Shown: positions 39,416-49,545, counted from the first letter of the stretch. The stretch: 64,000 nt of DNA from Candidatus Melainabacteria bacterium (GCA_023250155.1 JAHFBG010000009.1:18826-82825), one strand, 5' to 3'. Notes: generated by a model not told the origin, from the sequence alone. A program made the numbers and translations.

Positions 39416-39739
39416 TTATCCCTGTTCCACAGGGTATCCTGCTTCAAGCCAGGCTTTTATTCCACCTTCAATAACAAATAAATCTTTATAGCCACATGAA
39501 GCTAAATGCTCTGCAGCTTTAAGTGCTCTCTTTCCTATCCCACATAAAAAATAAGCTGGAGTATCATTTTTAATTACATTCATCTTTTGTTCAAACTCTG
39601 ACAATGGAACAAGCTTAGAACCTGAGATACGAACGTATTGATACTCAGGTACCTCACGTACATCAACTATCTGACATGTTGGGTCTTTCTCTCTTAAAAG
39701 GTTTAATTCTTCTACTGTTATATGGTTAATAGTATTCAT
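39416..39739 (-). CDS. Rhodanese-like domain protein
   Basis: IVDVREVPEY, LCGIGKRA, IEGGIKAW...GYPVE. Confidence 0.9.
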   Translation of the reverse strand: MNTINHITVEELNLLREKDPTCQIVDVREVPEYQYVRISGSKLVPLSEFEQKMNVIKNDTPAYFLCGIGKRALKAAEHLASCGYKDLFVIEGGIKAWLEAGYPVEQG

Positions 39740-39808
39740 AGGTTAGTTTATATTATACACAATTTCATTTCTATCATCTTTTTATATCTACAGTATAATT
39801 AGCCTATA

Positions 39809-41884
39809 ATGAGAGATACACTTCATACAAAACCAAAAACCATCGTATTAGCAGGAAATCCAAACGTTGGCAAATCAGTATTCTTCCATTATTTAAGCAC
39901 TGTTTATGTAGATGTTAGTAACTATCCTGGAACTACTGTTGAAATTACAAGTGCAAATTTAAATGAGAACTTAGTTATAAAAGATACCCCTGGAATATAT
40001 GGTGTAAGCAGTTTTAACGATGAAGAAAAAGTAGCAAGAGATGTAATTTTATATGCAGATGATATTTTAAATATAGTCTCTGCTATTAGTCTTGAAAGAG
40101 ATTTATTTTTAACCAAACAACTAATAGACATGGGAAAGCCTATTATTGTTGCTCTCAATCAAATGGATGAAGCTAAGTCAATTGGTTTAGAAATAAATAT
40201 TGAAAAGTTAAGTAGTTTACTTGGTGTACCTGTAATTCCTACCATTGCTATAACAGGTGAAGGAATGGAAGAAATAAAAAAAGCAATATTTGAAAGTCAC
40301 AAGGCTAAAACTGGAAATATAGATCCTGTCTTAAAAAACACTTTAACTGAATTACTCTCCTGTGTATCAAATCAAGCAGAAGCTCTTCTCTTACTAGAAG
40401 GAGATTTAGTTATTGCTGAAAGACATAAGATAGAACCAAGAAACCAAAGAAGTGAGATTTATTCCCAAAGAAGAAAAGAAGTAAATGAAATCATAGAAGC
40501 TACAATTACATCAAAAACATCAAAAGAAAGATTTTTAACAAAAGTATCAAACTTTTTAATAGAACCTTTTTGGGGCACAATAATAGCCTTGTTTATTGGA
40601 TTTATATTTTTGTATCAATTTCTAGGAGTAATTGTTGGGAACGATTTGATAAACATAACTGAAAAAAAAATAATGAATGTTTACTATGAACCTTCTATTC
40701 GTGAAGCTACAGGACTTTATTTCCCCACAGAAATAGTACTAATAAACAATAGTAAAAAGAAAGATAAAAAAACAACATATAGTTTCCCAAAAGGATTTTT
40801 AGCCGAAAAGCAAAAATACAAAGAGCTAAAACAATTATTAAAACAAAACCCAAATATTCAAAAAAAGTATTACTTTAGTCCCAGTGATTATATTGAGACA
40901 AGCACAAGTTCTGTAAGGGCAGGTTTCAAACCCACTCCTACGACACTTCCTAACAATCTTGTCAGTGCCATTGGTACCATTCTTTCTGGGGAATATGGCA
41001 TCCTTACATTGACAGTAACTTATTTATTTGGATTGCTTTTACCACTTGTTATTGCATTTTATGCTGCATTAGCAGTCTTAGAAGATAGTGGTTATCTACC
41101 TCGCTTAGCAGTACTTGTAGATGGGCTTTTATCAAGAATTGGTATGAATGGACGTGCAATTATCCCTTTGATTCTTGGTCTTGGCTGTGTCACCATGGCT
41201 ACAGTTACGACAAGGCTTCTAAGCACTAAACGTGAAAAAATAATTGCCATAACCATTCTAGGCTTTGCTATTCCTTGCTCAGCACAACTTGGAGTCATAC
41301 AAAGTCTATTAGCAAAAAATGGTGGTATACAAGGTTGGCTTATATGGTTGTCAGTGATTGCTCTTGTACTGGTTATAACTGGATATGTTATGAACAAATT
41401 TTTACCAGGAAAAGCTACGCCACTATTGATTGACCTACCACCACTAAGAATTCCAAGACTAAAAAATATTTATCACAAAGCAAAAACAAAAGTTTTTTTC
41501 TTCATGTCAGAAGCAATTGGAGCATTCTTCTTAGCTGCTTTTATAGTAGCTGTTTTACAAGTCACAGGACTACTTTCACAAATCATACAGTTCACGGAAC
41601 CAATGACTCAAAACTTACTTCACTTACCAAAAGAAGTATCTATCTCATTTATACTTGGCATGGTAAGAAGAGATTTTGGTGCCTTTGGACTAACAGAAAT
41701 ACCTCTAACAAGTGCTCAAGTAACTGTTTCTAGTGTGGTACTTACTTTGTTTGTACCATGTATAGCTACTGTTGCTGTTATAGCTAAAGAACAAAGCTGG
41801 AAAGTAGCTGTAGGTATATGGTTCAGCTCAATGATATTAGCTATCAGTATAGGCGGAATACTTGCTAGAATACTAGGTGCATAA
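39809..41884 (+). CDS. feoB: Ferrous iron transporter B
   Basis: GNPNVGKS, NYPGTTVE, DTPGIYG, LNQMDE, LEDSGYLPRLA, LGLGC, IPCSAQL, FVPCIAT. Confidence 0.95.
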   Translation: MRDTLHTKPKTIVLAGNPNVGKSVFFHYLSTVYVDVSNYPGTTVEITSANLNENLVIKDTPGIYGVSSFNDEEKVARDVILYADDILNIVSAISLERDLFLTKQLIDMGKPIIVALNQMDEAKSIGLEINIEKLSSLLGVPVIPTIAITGEGMEEIKKAIFESHKAKTGNIDPVLKNTLTELLSCVSNQAEALLLLEGDLVIAERHKIEPRNQRSEIYSQRRKEVNEIIEATITSKTSKERFLTKVSNFLIEPFWGTIIALFIGFIFLYQFLGVIVGNDLINITEKKIMNVYYEPSIREATGLYFPTEIVLINNSKKKDKKTTYSFPKGFLAEKQKYKELKQLLKQNPNIQKKYYFSPSDYIETSTSSVRAGFKPTPTTLPNNLVSAIGTILSGEYGILTLTVTYLFGLLLPLVIAFYAALAVLEDSGYLPRLAVLVDGLLSRIGMNGRAIIPLILGLGCVTMATVTTRLLSTKREKIIAITILGFAIPCSAQLGVIQSLLAKNGGIQGWLIWLSVIALVLVITGYVMNKFLPGKATPLLIDLPPLRIPRLKNIYHKAKTKVFFFMSEAIGAFFLAAFIVAVLQVTGLLSQIIQFTEPMTQNLLHLPKEVSISFILGMVRRDFGAFGLTEIPLTSAQVTVSSVVLTLFVPCIATVAVIAKEQSWKVAVGIWFSSMILAISIGGILARILGA
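40913..40941. repeat. Degenerate REP-like hairpin in frame inside feoB
   Basis: GTAAGGGCAGGTTT-C-AAACCCACTCCTAC (10/14 arm match) encodes VRAGFKPTPT within a loop insertion. Confidence 0.65.
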
Positions 41885-41888
41885 TTTT

Positions 41889-42110
41889 ATGGCAGAATGC
41901 AAAACAATTAATTGCCCTATCTGTGGCTGTACCATAAGTGAAACCTTTGTCGAGCAAAAGTGTCCTCGATGCCAAGCACTAATTGAATCAAAGTTCATCT
42001 GTGGAAACTGTCATAATTGTAGTGAAACCTCTATAGATAGTGAAGTTACAAACACTGCAAAAAAAAATATATTCGACAAACTCATATCTAAAGTCTTTAG
42101 GAAGAATTAA
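41889..42110 (+). CDS. Small Cys-rich (Zn/Fe-S ribbon) protein downstream of feoB
   Basis: CPICG, CPRC and CGNCHNC motifs; ATG 4 nt after the feoB stop. Confidence 0.7.
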   Translation: MAECKTINCPICGCTISETFVEQKCPRCQALIESKFICGNCHNCSETSIDSEVTNTAKKNIFDKLISKVFRKN

Positions 42111-42112
42111 TC

Positions 42113-42880
42113 CTAATCATCAGTTTTTACTCGAACAATTTTAGAATTAAACTTTCCATTTTCAAGCTCTATAACTCTATACCCTCCTGAAACTGTATCC
42201 ATAGTAAAGACCTCTGTTTTAGGATGTATTTGATAAGCTGTTGATGGAACACTTCCATAAAACGTTCCATTTATATTTGACTCAAAAACCTGATGAATAT
42301 GCCCATATAAAACAGCTTGTATTTGTGGGTACTTTTCAATAACAGAATTAAATTTTTCATAATTAATAAGCATCATTCCATCCATCCATGGACTAATACT
42401 CTTTAGTGGGTGATGATGCATAAAGACTATCGTGTGTTTGTCTTTATTTTTTTTTAATCTATTTTCAAATCTTATAAGCTGCTCTTCTGAGAAAGCTCCT
42501 TCATCTCTTTGATATAGTGTTGAATCTATACAACACAAAAGATAATCACCAAGCTCAATACTATAATCAACATTATCAATAATCCATTTAAAATCAAAGA
42601 CTTTATTTATACTTTCTACGTCATCATGATTTCCAGGCATTAAATAATACTTTATTCCAATCTTATTAAGCAGGTTTGCTATATGCTGATAAGATTCAAA
42701 AGTACCATCCTGAGAAAGATCTCCAGTAACCATTAAACAATCAGCTTTTTCAAAAGTGGTTTTTATATGGCTAAGTATTTTATTTAAATTACTATAAGAA
42801 TTAAAGCCATTTATTCTTCGGCTTTTATCACCAAATAAATGAGTGTCAGATATTTGAATTATTGTATGTTTTGAAGTCAT
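42113..42880 (-). CDS. cpdA: 3',5'-cyclic nucleotide phosphodiesterase (Icc/CpdA metallophosphoesterase)
   Basis: QISDTHL, TGDLSQDG, PGNHD, MHHHP, GHIHQ, PST. Confidence 0.88.
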   Translation of the reverse strand: MTSKHTIIQISDTHLFGDKSRRINGFNSYSNLNKILSHIKTTFEKADCLMVTGDLSQDGTFESYQHIANLLNKIGIKYYLMPGNHDDVESINKVFDFKWIIDNVDYSIELGDYLLCCIDSTLYQRDEGAFSEEQLIRFENRLKKNKDKHTIVFMHHHPLKSISPWMDGMMLINYEKFNSVIEKYPQIQAVLYGHIHQVFESNINGTFYGSVPSTAYQIHPKTEVFTMDTVSGGYRVIELENGKFNSKIVRVKTDD

Positions 42881-43011
42881 AAGTATATCCAGAACTTAAA
42901 AATAATATGCACAACTAATCAAACTCTTAAAACAATATTTTACCCTTGACTTAATAATTTGCTTATAACTGTTTAAAAGTACTATTATCTAGAATAAAAT
43001 CCCTTTACAAA

Positions 43012-43509
43012 TCATAAAGTAACGTTTAAACCGGATGATTTTGCACAACACTTTGCTACATATTTAGCAAAATCTTTTTCACAGATTGCTTGTGCAATTA
43101 TAGATATTTTTTGAATCACTTTATTGTGACACCATAAGTCTGGTTGGCTAAGGAGTGAACTATAAATAAATTCATCTTCATAGCTACCTTTTCCACCTTG
43201 TTGTAAGACTTTAACTGCTTCTTTTATCAAGATCACAAAACTAAGTGGATCTATTTCTTCATTTTTCGGTAATGTGGCTGCTAAATATTTTCCTACTGAG
43301 CACAATGGATCATTTTCTATCCTGCCACTTAAATAATTAGAAGGTATAAATTCCTCTAAAGAGTTTAAACGATCTGCAATTACACCTGAATTAATAACTA
43401 ATCCATTTTTTTTATACTCTTCATGGCTTTCAAAAGCTGTAGGAATTCCATCTAATATTTTATTTAAATTTAGCGGTACAAAAGCCCAGCTTATTCTATT
43501 AGTCGTCAT
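43012..43509 (-). CDS. Hypothetical protein
   Basis: 165-aa ORF filling the gap between cpdA and the SLH gene; no motif recognised. Confidence 0.55.
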   Translation of the reverse strand: MTTNRISWAFVPLNLNKILDGIPTAFESHEEYKKNGLVINSGVIADRLNSLEEFIPSNYLSGRIENDPLCSVGKYLAATLPKNEEIDPLSFVILIKEAVKVLQQGGKGSYEDEFIYSSLLSQPDLWCHNKVIQKISIIAQAICEKDFAKYVAKCCAKSSGLNVTL

Positions 43510-43575
43510 AAAATTACCAAGTATATTTAAAACTTGATACTAAGATACAGCAAAACAGTTTAAAATTCAATGTTT

Positions 43576-44289
43576 TTAATTGACTTCTTGAGGAGGTTCT
43601 TGAAATTCCGGTGCATTACCAGGATTTTCTTCATTATTAACACTGTTAACACCTTTAACAAAAGGCCCACTTACTGCAGCAAACATACCTCTTGATAAGT
43701 CTCTAACATCTACTACTACACCTTTTACAAGTCTTTCTAAGATAAAACCTTTTCTTCGTTCTGAATAAGCTAAGCGTTGTTCATGCTCCTCTAGCTTAGT
43801 AGCATGCTCTGCAACCTTTCCTTCTAATTCTATCGTTTTAACATCAATGTCTTTAACCTTAGCTTCTAGTTGATCTACTCTTCCTTGAATTGTTTTCATT
43901 TCACTAGAAAACTCATCTAGAAGTTTGGCTAGTTTAGCAAGATCATCTCTATCTAATGCAATTTCATCACTAAAATATGTTGCTAAATCATAAACTGCTG
44001 CTGCCAACTCAAATCTTGTAGATGGTTTTTTACCACGAAATGTACCATCTGGATACCCTTCTAAAACATCATACTTTTCAACTAACTGCTGCACTGAATT
44101 ATATGCCCACTCACCACCTTCTAAATCACTTAGTTCATTAACTGCCACTATTGATGCATCTTTTTGCTTGGCTGATGGTTGTGAAATTTCTTCTACTTGT
44201 TTTGCAGCTTGTGAATATGCTACATTTTCCAAACATAAAACTAAAATTGTCAACAAAATTAATTTAACTATATTTTTAAGACTCATCAA
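43576..44289 (-). CDS. S-layer homology (SLH) domain plus coiled-coil protein
   Basis: Signal peptide; LSDL..EWAYNSVQQLVEKY..LEGYPDGTFRG....TRFELAA followed by a coiled coil, as at the N-terminus of cyanobacterial porins. Confidence 0.85.
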   Translation of the reverse strand: MMSLKNIVKLILLTILVLCLENVAYSQAAKQVEEISQPSAKQKDASIVAVNELSDLEGGEWAYNSVQQLVEKYDVLEGYPDGTFRGKKPSTRFELAAAVYDLATYFSDEIALDRDDLAKLAKLLDEFSSEMKTIQGRVDQLEAKVKDIDVKTIELEGKVAEHATKLEEHEQRLAYSERRKGFILERLVKGVVVDVRDLSRGMFAAVSGPFVKGVNSVNNEENPGNAPEFQEPPQEVN

Positions 44290-44381
44290 CTAATTCTCCA
44301 TTTAAATAAGCTACATATAATATGTATGATAGCTCAATTTATAAATATTTTTCATTACAGATTCAAATTAGTAAAAATATG

Positions 44382-45509
44382 TTATGTTGTGGGCCGAAGC
44401 AAAAGCATGAGGTCATTACCAATTAAACGATGGCTAAAAATCTTAAATCTCCTAGCTGTACCTATATTTTCTAATATTTCTAAATTAAAACTTGGAATAG
44501 CATCTTTATCTCCAAATATTTTTGGTGCAATAAACAAAAGATATTCATCTAATAAACTACTAGTAATCAATTGACTTCCTAAACCTGGACCAGCTTCTAC
44601 TAAAACACTTAAAATCTCTCTTTTACCGAGTTCTATAAATAACTGCCTTAGGTTTAACTTACCTTCCTCCGCCTCATCTAATTCCAAAATCTCTATTTCA
44701 TTATTTAACTTTAAATAGTCATTTAACTTCTCTTTTAAATGTCCTTTTTTTGTAGCCAATAATACCTTAGAATCCTTACAATAAACATTTGATTTTGGAT
44801 TAGTAGTTAAGTTCATATCTAAAATTACCTTGATTGGGTTCTTACTATTTTCAATCCCTCTAACAGTAAGATAAGGATTGTCAATCGATACAGTGTTTTC
44901 ACCCACCAAAATAGCATCATAACTATTTCTTATATAATGAACCTTTTTTCTGGCTTCTTCGTCGGTAATCCATTTGCTGTCATTATTTCTTAAAGCAATT
45001 TTTCCATCCAATGTTTGAGCTTGCTTTAAAGTGACCCATGGGAGTTTAGTCTTAATCCACTTAAAAAAGAATTTATTTAGTTCTAATCCTTGTTTTTCTA
45101 AGACATTAGAAATTACATTTATATTATTTTTTAATAATAATTTTTCACTCTTTGAATCAACCATTGGATTTGGATCATAGTTTGAAAAAATCACTTCTTT
45201 TAGTTTGTTTTTTATAATGAGATCAGTACAAGGAGGAGTTTTTCCCTGGTGACAACAGGGTTCTAAATTAACGATTAAAGTTCCACCATTTGCTTTATCT
45301 CCTGCTTCTTCTATAGCCACAACCTCTGCATGCTTATCACCTGCTTTTTTATGATAACCTTTTCCAACAGGAATTCCGTCCTTATCCAAAACAATAGCAC
45401 CTACTATAGGATTAGGAGATGTTCTTCCAAGAGCACGTTCTGCAAGATCAAAACACTCCTGCATATAGTACTCTGCTTGTGTTAAATCATATTCTGTATC
45501 ATCATTCAT
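44382..45509 (-). CDS. ribD: Bifunctional riboflavin biosynthesis deaminase/reductase
   Basis: TSPNPIVGA, HAEV, LEPCCHQGKTPPC, TLDGKIA, SKWIT, DNPYLTVR, LVEAG. Confidence 0.95.
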   Translation of the reverse strand: MNDDTEYDLTQAEYYMQECFDLAERALGRTSPNPIVGAIVLDKDGIPVGKGYHKKAGDKHAEVVAIEEAGDKANGGTLIVNLEPCCHQGKTPPCTDLIIKNKLKEVIFSNYDPNPMVDSKSEKLLLKNNINVISNVLEKQGLELNKFFFKWIKTKLPWVTLKQAQTLDGKIALRNNDSKWITDEEARKKVHYIRNSYDAILVGENTVSIDNPYLTVRGIENSKNPIKVILDMNLTTNPKSNVYCKDSKVLLATKKGHLKEKLNDYLKLNNEIEILELDEAEEGKLNLRQLFIELGKREILSVLVEAGPGLGSQLITSSLLDEYLLFIAPKIFGDKDAIPSFNLEILENIGTARRFKIFSHRLIGNDLMLLLRPTT

Positions 45510-45523
45510 TCATGTTAATTAAA

Positions 45524-45664
45524 TTAAGATATACTTTCAAGCTCTTTCCTTGCTCTTTTCTCGCGCCTTTCTTTAGACTTTTTTTCTAGTGAATAAAACA
45601 AATAACCCAATCCGCCTATAAAAACAATAAATGCACCTAAATAAACCAACATTCCTATATTCAT
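45524..45664 (-). CDS. Small single-TM protein (46 aa) with basic C-terminal tail
   Basis: Not in the track. MNIGMLVYLGAFIVFIGGLGYLFYSLEKKSKERREKRARKELESIS*, with GGAAGG RBS, fills the gap between co-oriented genes. Confidence 0.75.
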   Translation of the reverse strand: MNIGMLVYLGAFIVFIGGLGYLFYSLEKKSKERREKRARKELESIS

Positions 45665-45683
45665 AATTTATCCTTCCATAATA

Positions 45684-47063
45684 CTACGTCTGCCCCACTG
45701 GCTGCAATGGGCTATTCACTCTAATCGTTCTCCTACTAATAACAATTGGATAGTTAACTCCTGGCAATTCACCTAAAACACTAATGAGATAAAGTCCACT
45801 CATTCCCTGATAATTTAAATCTATCTTCCCATGAAACTCACCTTTAGAATTGGCTTTAATGCCACCTTTAAAAGGGATTTCTTTAGGTGGTCCATTTTGA
45901 ATTGATGAAATTAAGGAAGGAGCTAATATTGCTGTAGCACCTCCTGTAAAAGGCGCTCCGCCAATGGCACCTATAACTCCAAGCCCTTTAATAACTTTAA
46001 TGAAATTGCTTTTTGCAGTGTCTCCATAAGCGATATAATCCTGGGGTGGAAAATAAGGCTTAAGATTTTCATCACTAAATGAACCATCTTCACTGTTTAA
46101 ATCTGTAAAATCTTTTACATCATAATATGCAAGGGTGACTGCCTTAAATTTGAATGGCGACTTTACTGTTCCACTTATATTGATTTTCTCCCCCCAGTTG
46201 ATTTGAGGTTTTAAAGGCTCAAAAACTCCTGAACTAATTACAAACTCACAAACAGAAGCAAATTTTCCCTTGCTCTTAGAGAAAGCATAACCAGTACCAA
46301 ACTGAGTAATATAAGGACTAAATAAAACTTGGGAATCATCTGGATTTGCAATTATCGCTTGTACAAGTTGTTGAGCTAAAAGCTCTGTGAGTTTTATACT
46401 TTTACCATTTTCTTCTTCAAATCCTTTTAAAATTTCTACAATAGCTCCAGTTCCACCATGAGTCGTATATCGTTCATCAGGGTTTTGATTTTTTTTATTG
46501 TAGTAAGACAAGCTCCCTTTTTCTATCAAATCTAGAGCTTGCTCACCTGCTACTTTTTGTGCAATATCATCTCTAATAAGAGGTAAAAGTCCTCTCAAAC
46601 TTCTTTCATTGTTTATATTAGTTAATACCAAGTCCAAAAATGCTAGCTCATTAACTTCTTTTGTTTTATTATTTTCATAACCCTGAACTGTTTTCAATGG
46701 CTTGCTTTTTTTACTTACTGTTTTGGGCTTGGTTTCACTATCATTAAAATCAGTTATTTCATAATCATTTTGTAATCCATCTTCTAAATCACTATTTCCT
46801 AAAACGGCTGATTTTATACGATTTGTTCTATCAAATAAAGACTCACTTTCAAAAGTCTTACCAAAAATATTTTTCTCTGCCTGAGAAAGTCTATCTGCAA
46901 TCTTTAATTCAGGATTTGCTTTACCAAACAATACAACTTCTACTTTTCCTATAACTGGATAGTTGTCTTGCAGAGAGACGCTTAAACAAGAAATTGTACA
47001 AATGAAAAAACATAAAGCTACTGTTGTAAAAAGTAAGAAATTATTTTTTTTTATTCTAATCAT
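45684..47063 (-). CDS. Exported CAP/SCP-like domain protein
   Basis: Signal peptide; INNERSLRGLLPL..D..AQKVA..QALDL...PDERY...GG and ITQFGTG fit a degenerate CAP fold. Confidence 0.65.
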   Translation of the reverse strand: MIRIKKNNFLLFTTVALCFFICTISCLSVSLQDNYPVIGKVEVVLFGKANPELKIADRLSQAEKNIFGKTFESESLFDRTNRIKSAVLGNSDLEDGLQNDYEITDFNDSETKPKTVSKKSKPLKTVQGYENNKTKEVNELAFLDLVLTNINNERSLRGLLPLIRDDIAQKVAGEQALDLIEKGSLSYYNKKNQNPDERYTTHGGTGAIVEILKGFEEENGKSIKLTELLAQQLVQAIIANPDDSQVLFSPYITQFGTGYAFSKSKGKFASVCEFVISSGVFEPLKPQINWGEKINISGTVKSPFKFKAVTLAYYDVKDFTDLNSEDGSFSDENLKPYFPPQDYIAYGDTAKSNFIKVIKGLGVIGAIGGAPFTGGATAILAPSLISSIQNGPPKEIPFKGGIKANSKGEFHGKIDLNYQGMSGLYLISVLGELPGVNYPIVISRRTIRVNSPLQPVGQT

Positions 47064-47079
47064 TAATTCTCAATCCTCT

Positions 47080-48891
47080 TCAATCCTTCGGATACATAGA
47101 GTCTATTATTTGTTTGTATTTTTCAGATACAAATTTTCGCTTGACCTTCATCGTAGGAGTAATTTCACCTGACTCAATTGTAAATTCTTTAGGCAAAATA
47201 GTAAACCTTCTAATCTGTTCATAATCAGCATCTGAAGCAGTTTCCCTCTTTATTTCCTCATCAATTAGCTTTATAACTTCAGGATGTTTACATAATGACT
47301 CAATACTATCATCATAAGAAATATTATGTTTTTTTAAATACTCAATAACCGATTGATGCTCTAGAGTTATTAGAGCTGATAAATATTTTTTCTTATCCCC
47401 GATTACAACTGCATTACTAATATAAGGTGAGATTTTTAAAGCATTTTCAAGATTTTGTGGGGCTATATTTTTCCCGGCAGAGTTTATAATCAAATCTTTT
47501 TTTCTATCAGTAATTATTAAAAAACCATCCTTGTCAAATCTTCCTATATCACCTGTAAGAAACCAACCATCATCAAAGGCTTCTTTTGTTGCTTTTTCAT
47601 TTTTATAATAACCATTAAATACAGTTGGTCCTTTAACTAATATTTCACCATCATTTGCAATTTTTACTTTTATATTAGACATCGGCTTACCAACTGTTCC
47701 AGTTCTCAAAGCAGAAAGGCTATTCACACTTAATGGAGCTGAGGTTTCAGTTAAACCATAACCTTCTAAAACAGGTATTCCAATGATATTAAAAAAATCT
47801 GCAATGTCTTTTGATAATGGTGCACCACCTGAAATAAAACATCTCAATGTTGGTGCTAGTTTTTTTCTAATACTAGAAAATACAAGGTTTTGAAAAGCAT
47901 AATTCTCAATACTTTTCAAAGCAGTTAGTGGCAAAAACTTCCCATTATTGTTTAAAAGGTCTTTTCCATTATCATAAGCAATCTTAAAAATCTTTTTCTT
48001 ATTTTCAGGTAAAGTTTGTAATTGCGATTGGATTTTTGCATAAAGCTTCTCCAACAACCTTGGTACAACAAGCATTATAGTTGCCCCTGAGTCTTTCAGA
48101 GCAAATGCAATTTGATCAACACTAGAACAATAAGTAACAGTACAAGCACAAGAAAGTGCATAATATAATCCACCAACTCTTTCAAAAACATGTGATAACG
48201 GTAGAAAAGAAAGGAACTTGTCGGAAGGCTTTATCGGTAAAGAATTTGGTAGTACATCTAAAACACTAAGAATATTTCTATGTGTCAACATAACACCTTT
48301 TGGTGGACCTGTTGTTCCTGAAGTATAAATTATTGTAGCTAAATCATCACAGGACACTTCTTTAATATGATTTTGTACCATATAAGGATCAATTGAAAAA
48401 TTAAGCATTCCCTTATCCTTCAATGACTTTAAACTTAAAATTCTTGAATCATTAACAGGCAAGTCACCTAAATCTTCCATTACAATTGCATATTTCACCT
48501 TAGGTAAAGCACCCCATTGTGATCTAATCTTTTGTAACTGTCCTTTATCTTCTAAAATAACAATGCTGCACTCAGAGTTGTTTAAAATATAATTAACTGA
48601 TTCATCTGGCAAGGTTGGATAAAGAGGTACAACAACTCCTCCACAACTTAAAATTGCTAGATCACAAGCCGTCCACTCATACCTTGTATTTGACAGTATT
48701 GCAACATTATCACCTTTTTTTAAGCCAAGTTCTATTAACCCATAGGCTATTTGATGAACAATAGTTCGTAAATGAGTCCACGATATTGTTCTGTAAGGCT
48801 CGGTTCGTCTTAACCTATATTCAATAGCAACCTTACTTTTATTTCTTTCTGCTTGCTTTATAAAAAGTTCTGCTAAATTATTTGCCATCAT
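47080..48891 (-). CDS. Long-chain fatty acid-CoA ligase (AMP-binding)
   Basis: IIYTSGTTGPPKGVMLTH, LPLSHVFER, SGGAPL, EGYGLTET, GWFLTGDIG, ITDRKKD, TPTMKVKR. Confidence 0.93.
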   Translation of the reverse strand: MMANNLAELFIKQAERNKSKVAIEYRLRRTEPYRTISWTHLRTIVHQIAYGLIELGLKKGDNVAILSNTRYEWTACDLAILSCGGVVVPLYPTLPDESVNYILNNSECSIVILEDKGQLQKIRSQWGALPKVKYAIVMEDLGDLPVNDSRILSLKSLKDKGMLNFSIDPYMVQNHIKEVSCDDLATIIYTSGTTGPPKGVMLTHRNILSVLDVLPNSLPIKPSDKFLSFLPLSHVFERVGGLYYALSCACTVTYCSSVDQIAFALKDSGATIMLVVPRLLEKLYAKIQSQLQTLPENKKKIFKIAYDNGKDLLNNNGKFLPLTALKSIENYAFQNLVFSSIRKKLAPTLRCFISGGAPLSKDIADFFNIIGIPVLEGYGLTETSAPLSVNSLSALRTGTVGKPMSNIKVKIANDGEILVKGPTVFNGYYKNEKATKEAFDDGWFLTGDIGRFDKDGFLIITDRKKDLIINSAGKNIAPQNLENALKISPYISNAVVIGDKKKYLSALITLEHQSVIEYLKKHNISYDDSIESLCKHPEVIKLIDEEIKRETASDADYEQIRRFTILPKEFTIESGEITPTMKVKRKFVSEKYKQIIDSMYPKD

Positions 48892-48995
48892 TTTAATGAG
48901 CTTTCAGCTTACTGAACGTTGTTTGCTAAATTCAACACAAAACATCATAATGATTATATAATTCTAACTTATAAGCTACACAAAAAGAAAATTTT

Positions 48996-49532
48996 ATGAA
49001 TGTGATCCTTGACAGTAATGAATTAACAAAAACCTTAAAAAGGTTAGCACATGAGGTTATAGAAAATTATGTTAACTTAGAGAATCTTGTAATTATTGGA
49101 ATTGTCACTAGAGGTGAGTTCTTAGCAAAAAGATTACAGAACTTAATCTTAGAAATCGAAAAAACTGAAGTATCTTATGGCTACCTTGATGTAACCTTGT
49201 ATAGAGATGATCTTGATCACCGAAAGTCTTTAAAACCAAGCAAAATCAGTAAAGTACCAAACATTGATCATAAAAATGTCTTATTAGTAGATGATGTACT
49301 ATTCGAAGGACGAACAGTAAGAGCTGCTATGGATGCCCTGAAAGACTTTGGTAGACCATCTTCCGTAAAACTACTAGTTTTAATTGATAGAGGACATAGA
49401 AAATTACCTATAAGTGCTGATTTTACAGGAAAAAAAATATCTACAAGTTTAAATCAAACTGTTAAATTAAATATTACTGAAATTGACAATAAAGATTCAA
49501 TAGAAGTTGAAGATAAGGTAATGGCATCATAA
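48996..49532 (+). CDS. pyrR: Bifunctional pyr regulator / uracil phosphoribosyltransferase PyrR
   Basis: RLAHEVIE, LDVTLYRDD, VDDVLFEGRTVRAAMDAL, DRGHRKLPI. Confidence 0.93.
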   Translation: MNVILDSNELTKTLKRLAHEVIENYVNLENLVIIGIVTRGEFLAKRLQNLILEIEKTEVSYGYLDVTLYRDDLDHRKSLKPSKISKVPNIDHKNVLLVDDVLFEGRTVRAAMDALKDFGRPSSVKLLVLIDRGHRKLPISADFTGKKISTSLNQTVKLNITEIDNKDSIEVEDKVMAS

Positions 49533-49545
49533 TATATTAAATATA

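Noticed and set aside
48892-48995. PyrR-binding attenuator upstream of pyrR
   Set aside because: No recognisable PyrR binding loop or terminator, and no pyr biosynthetic genes follow.
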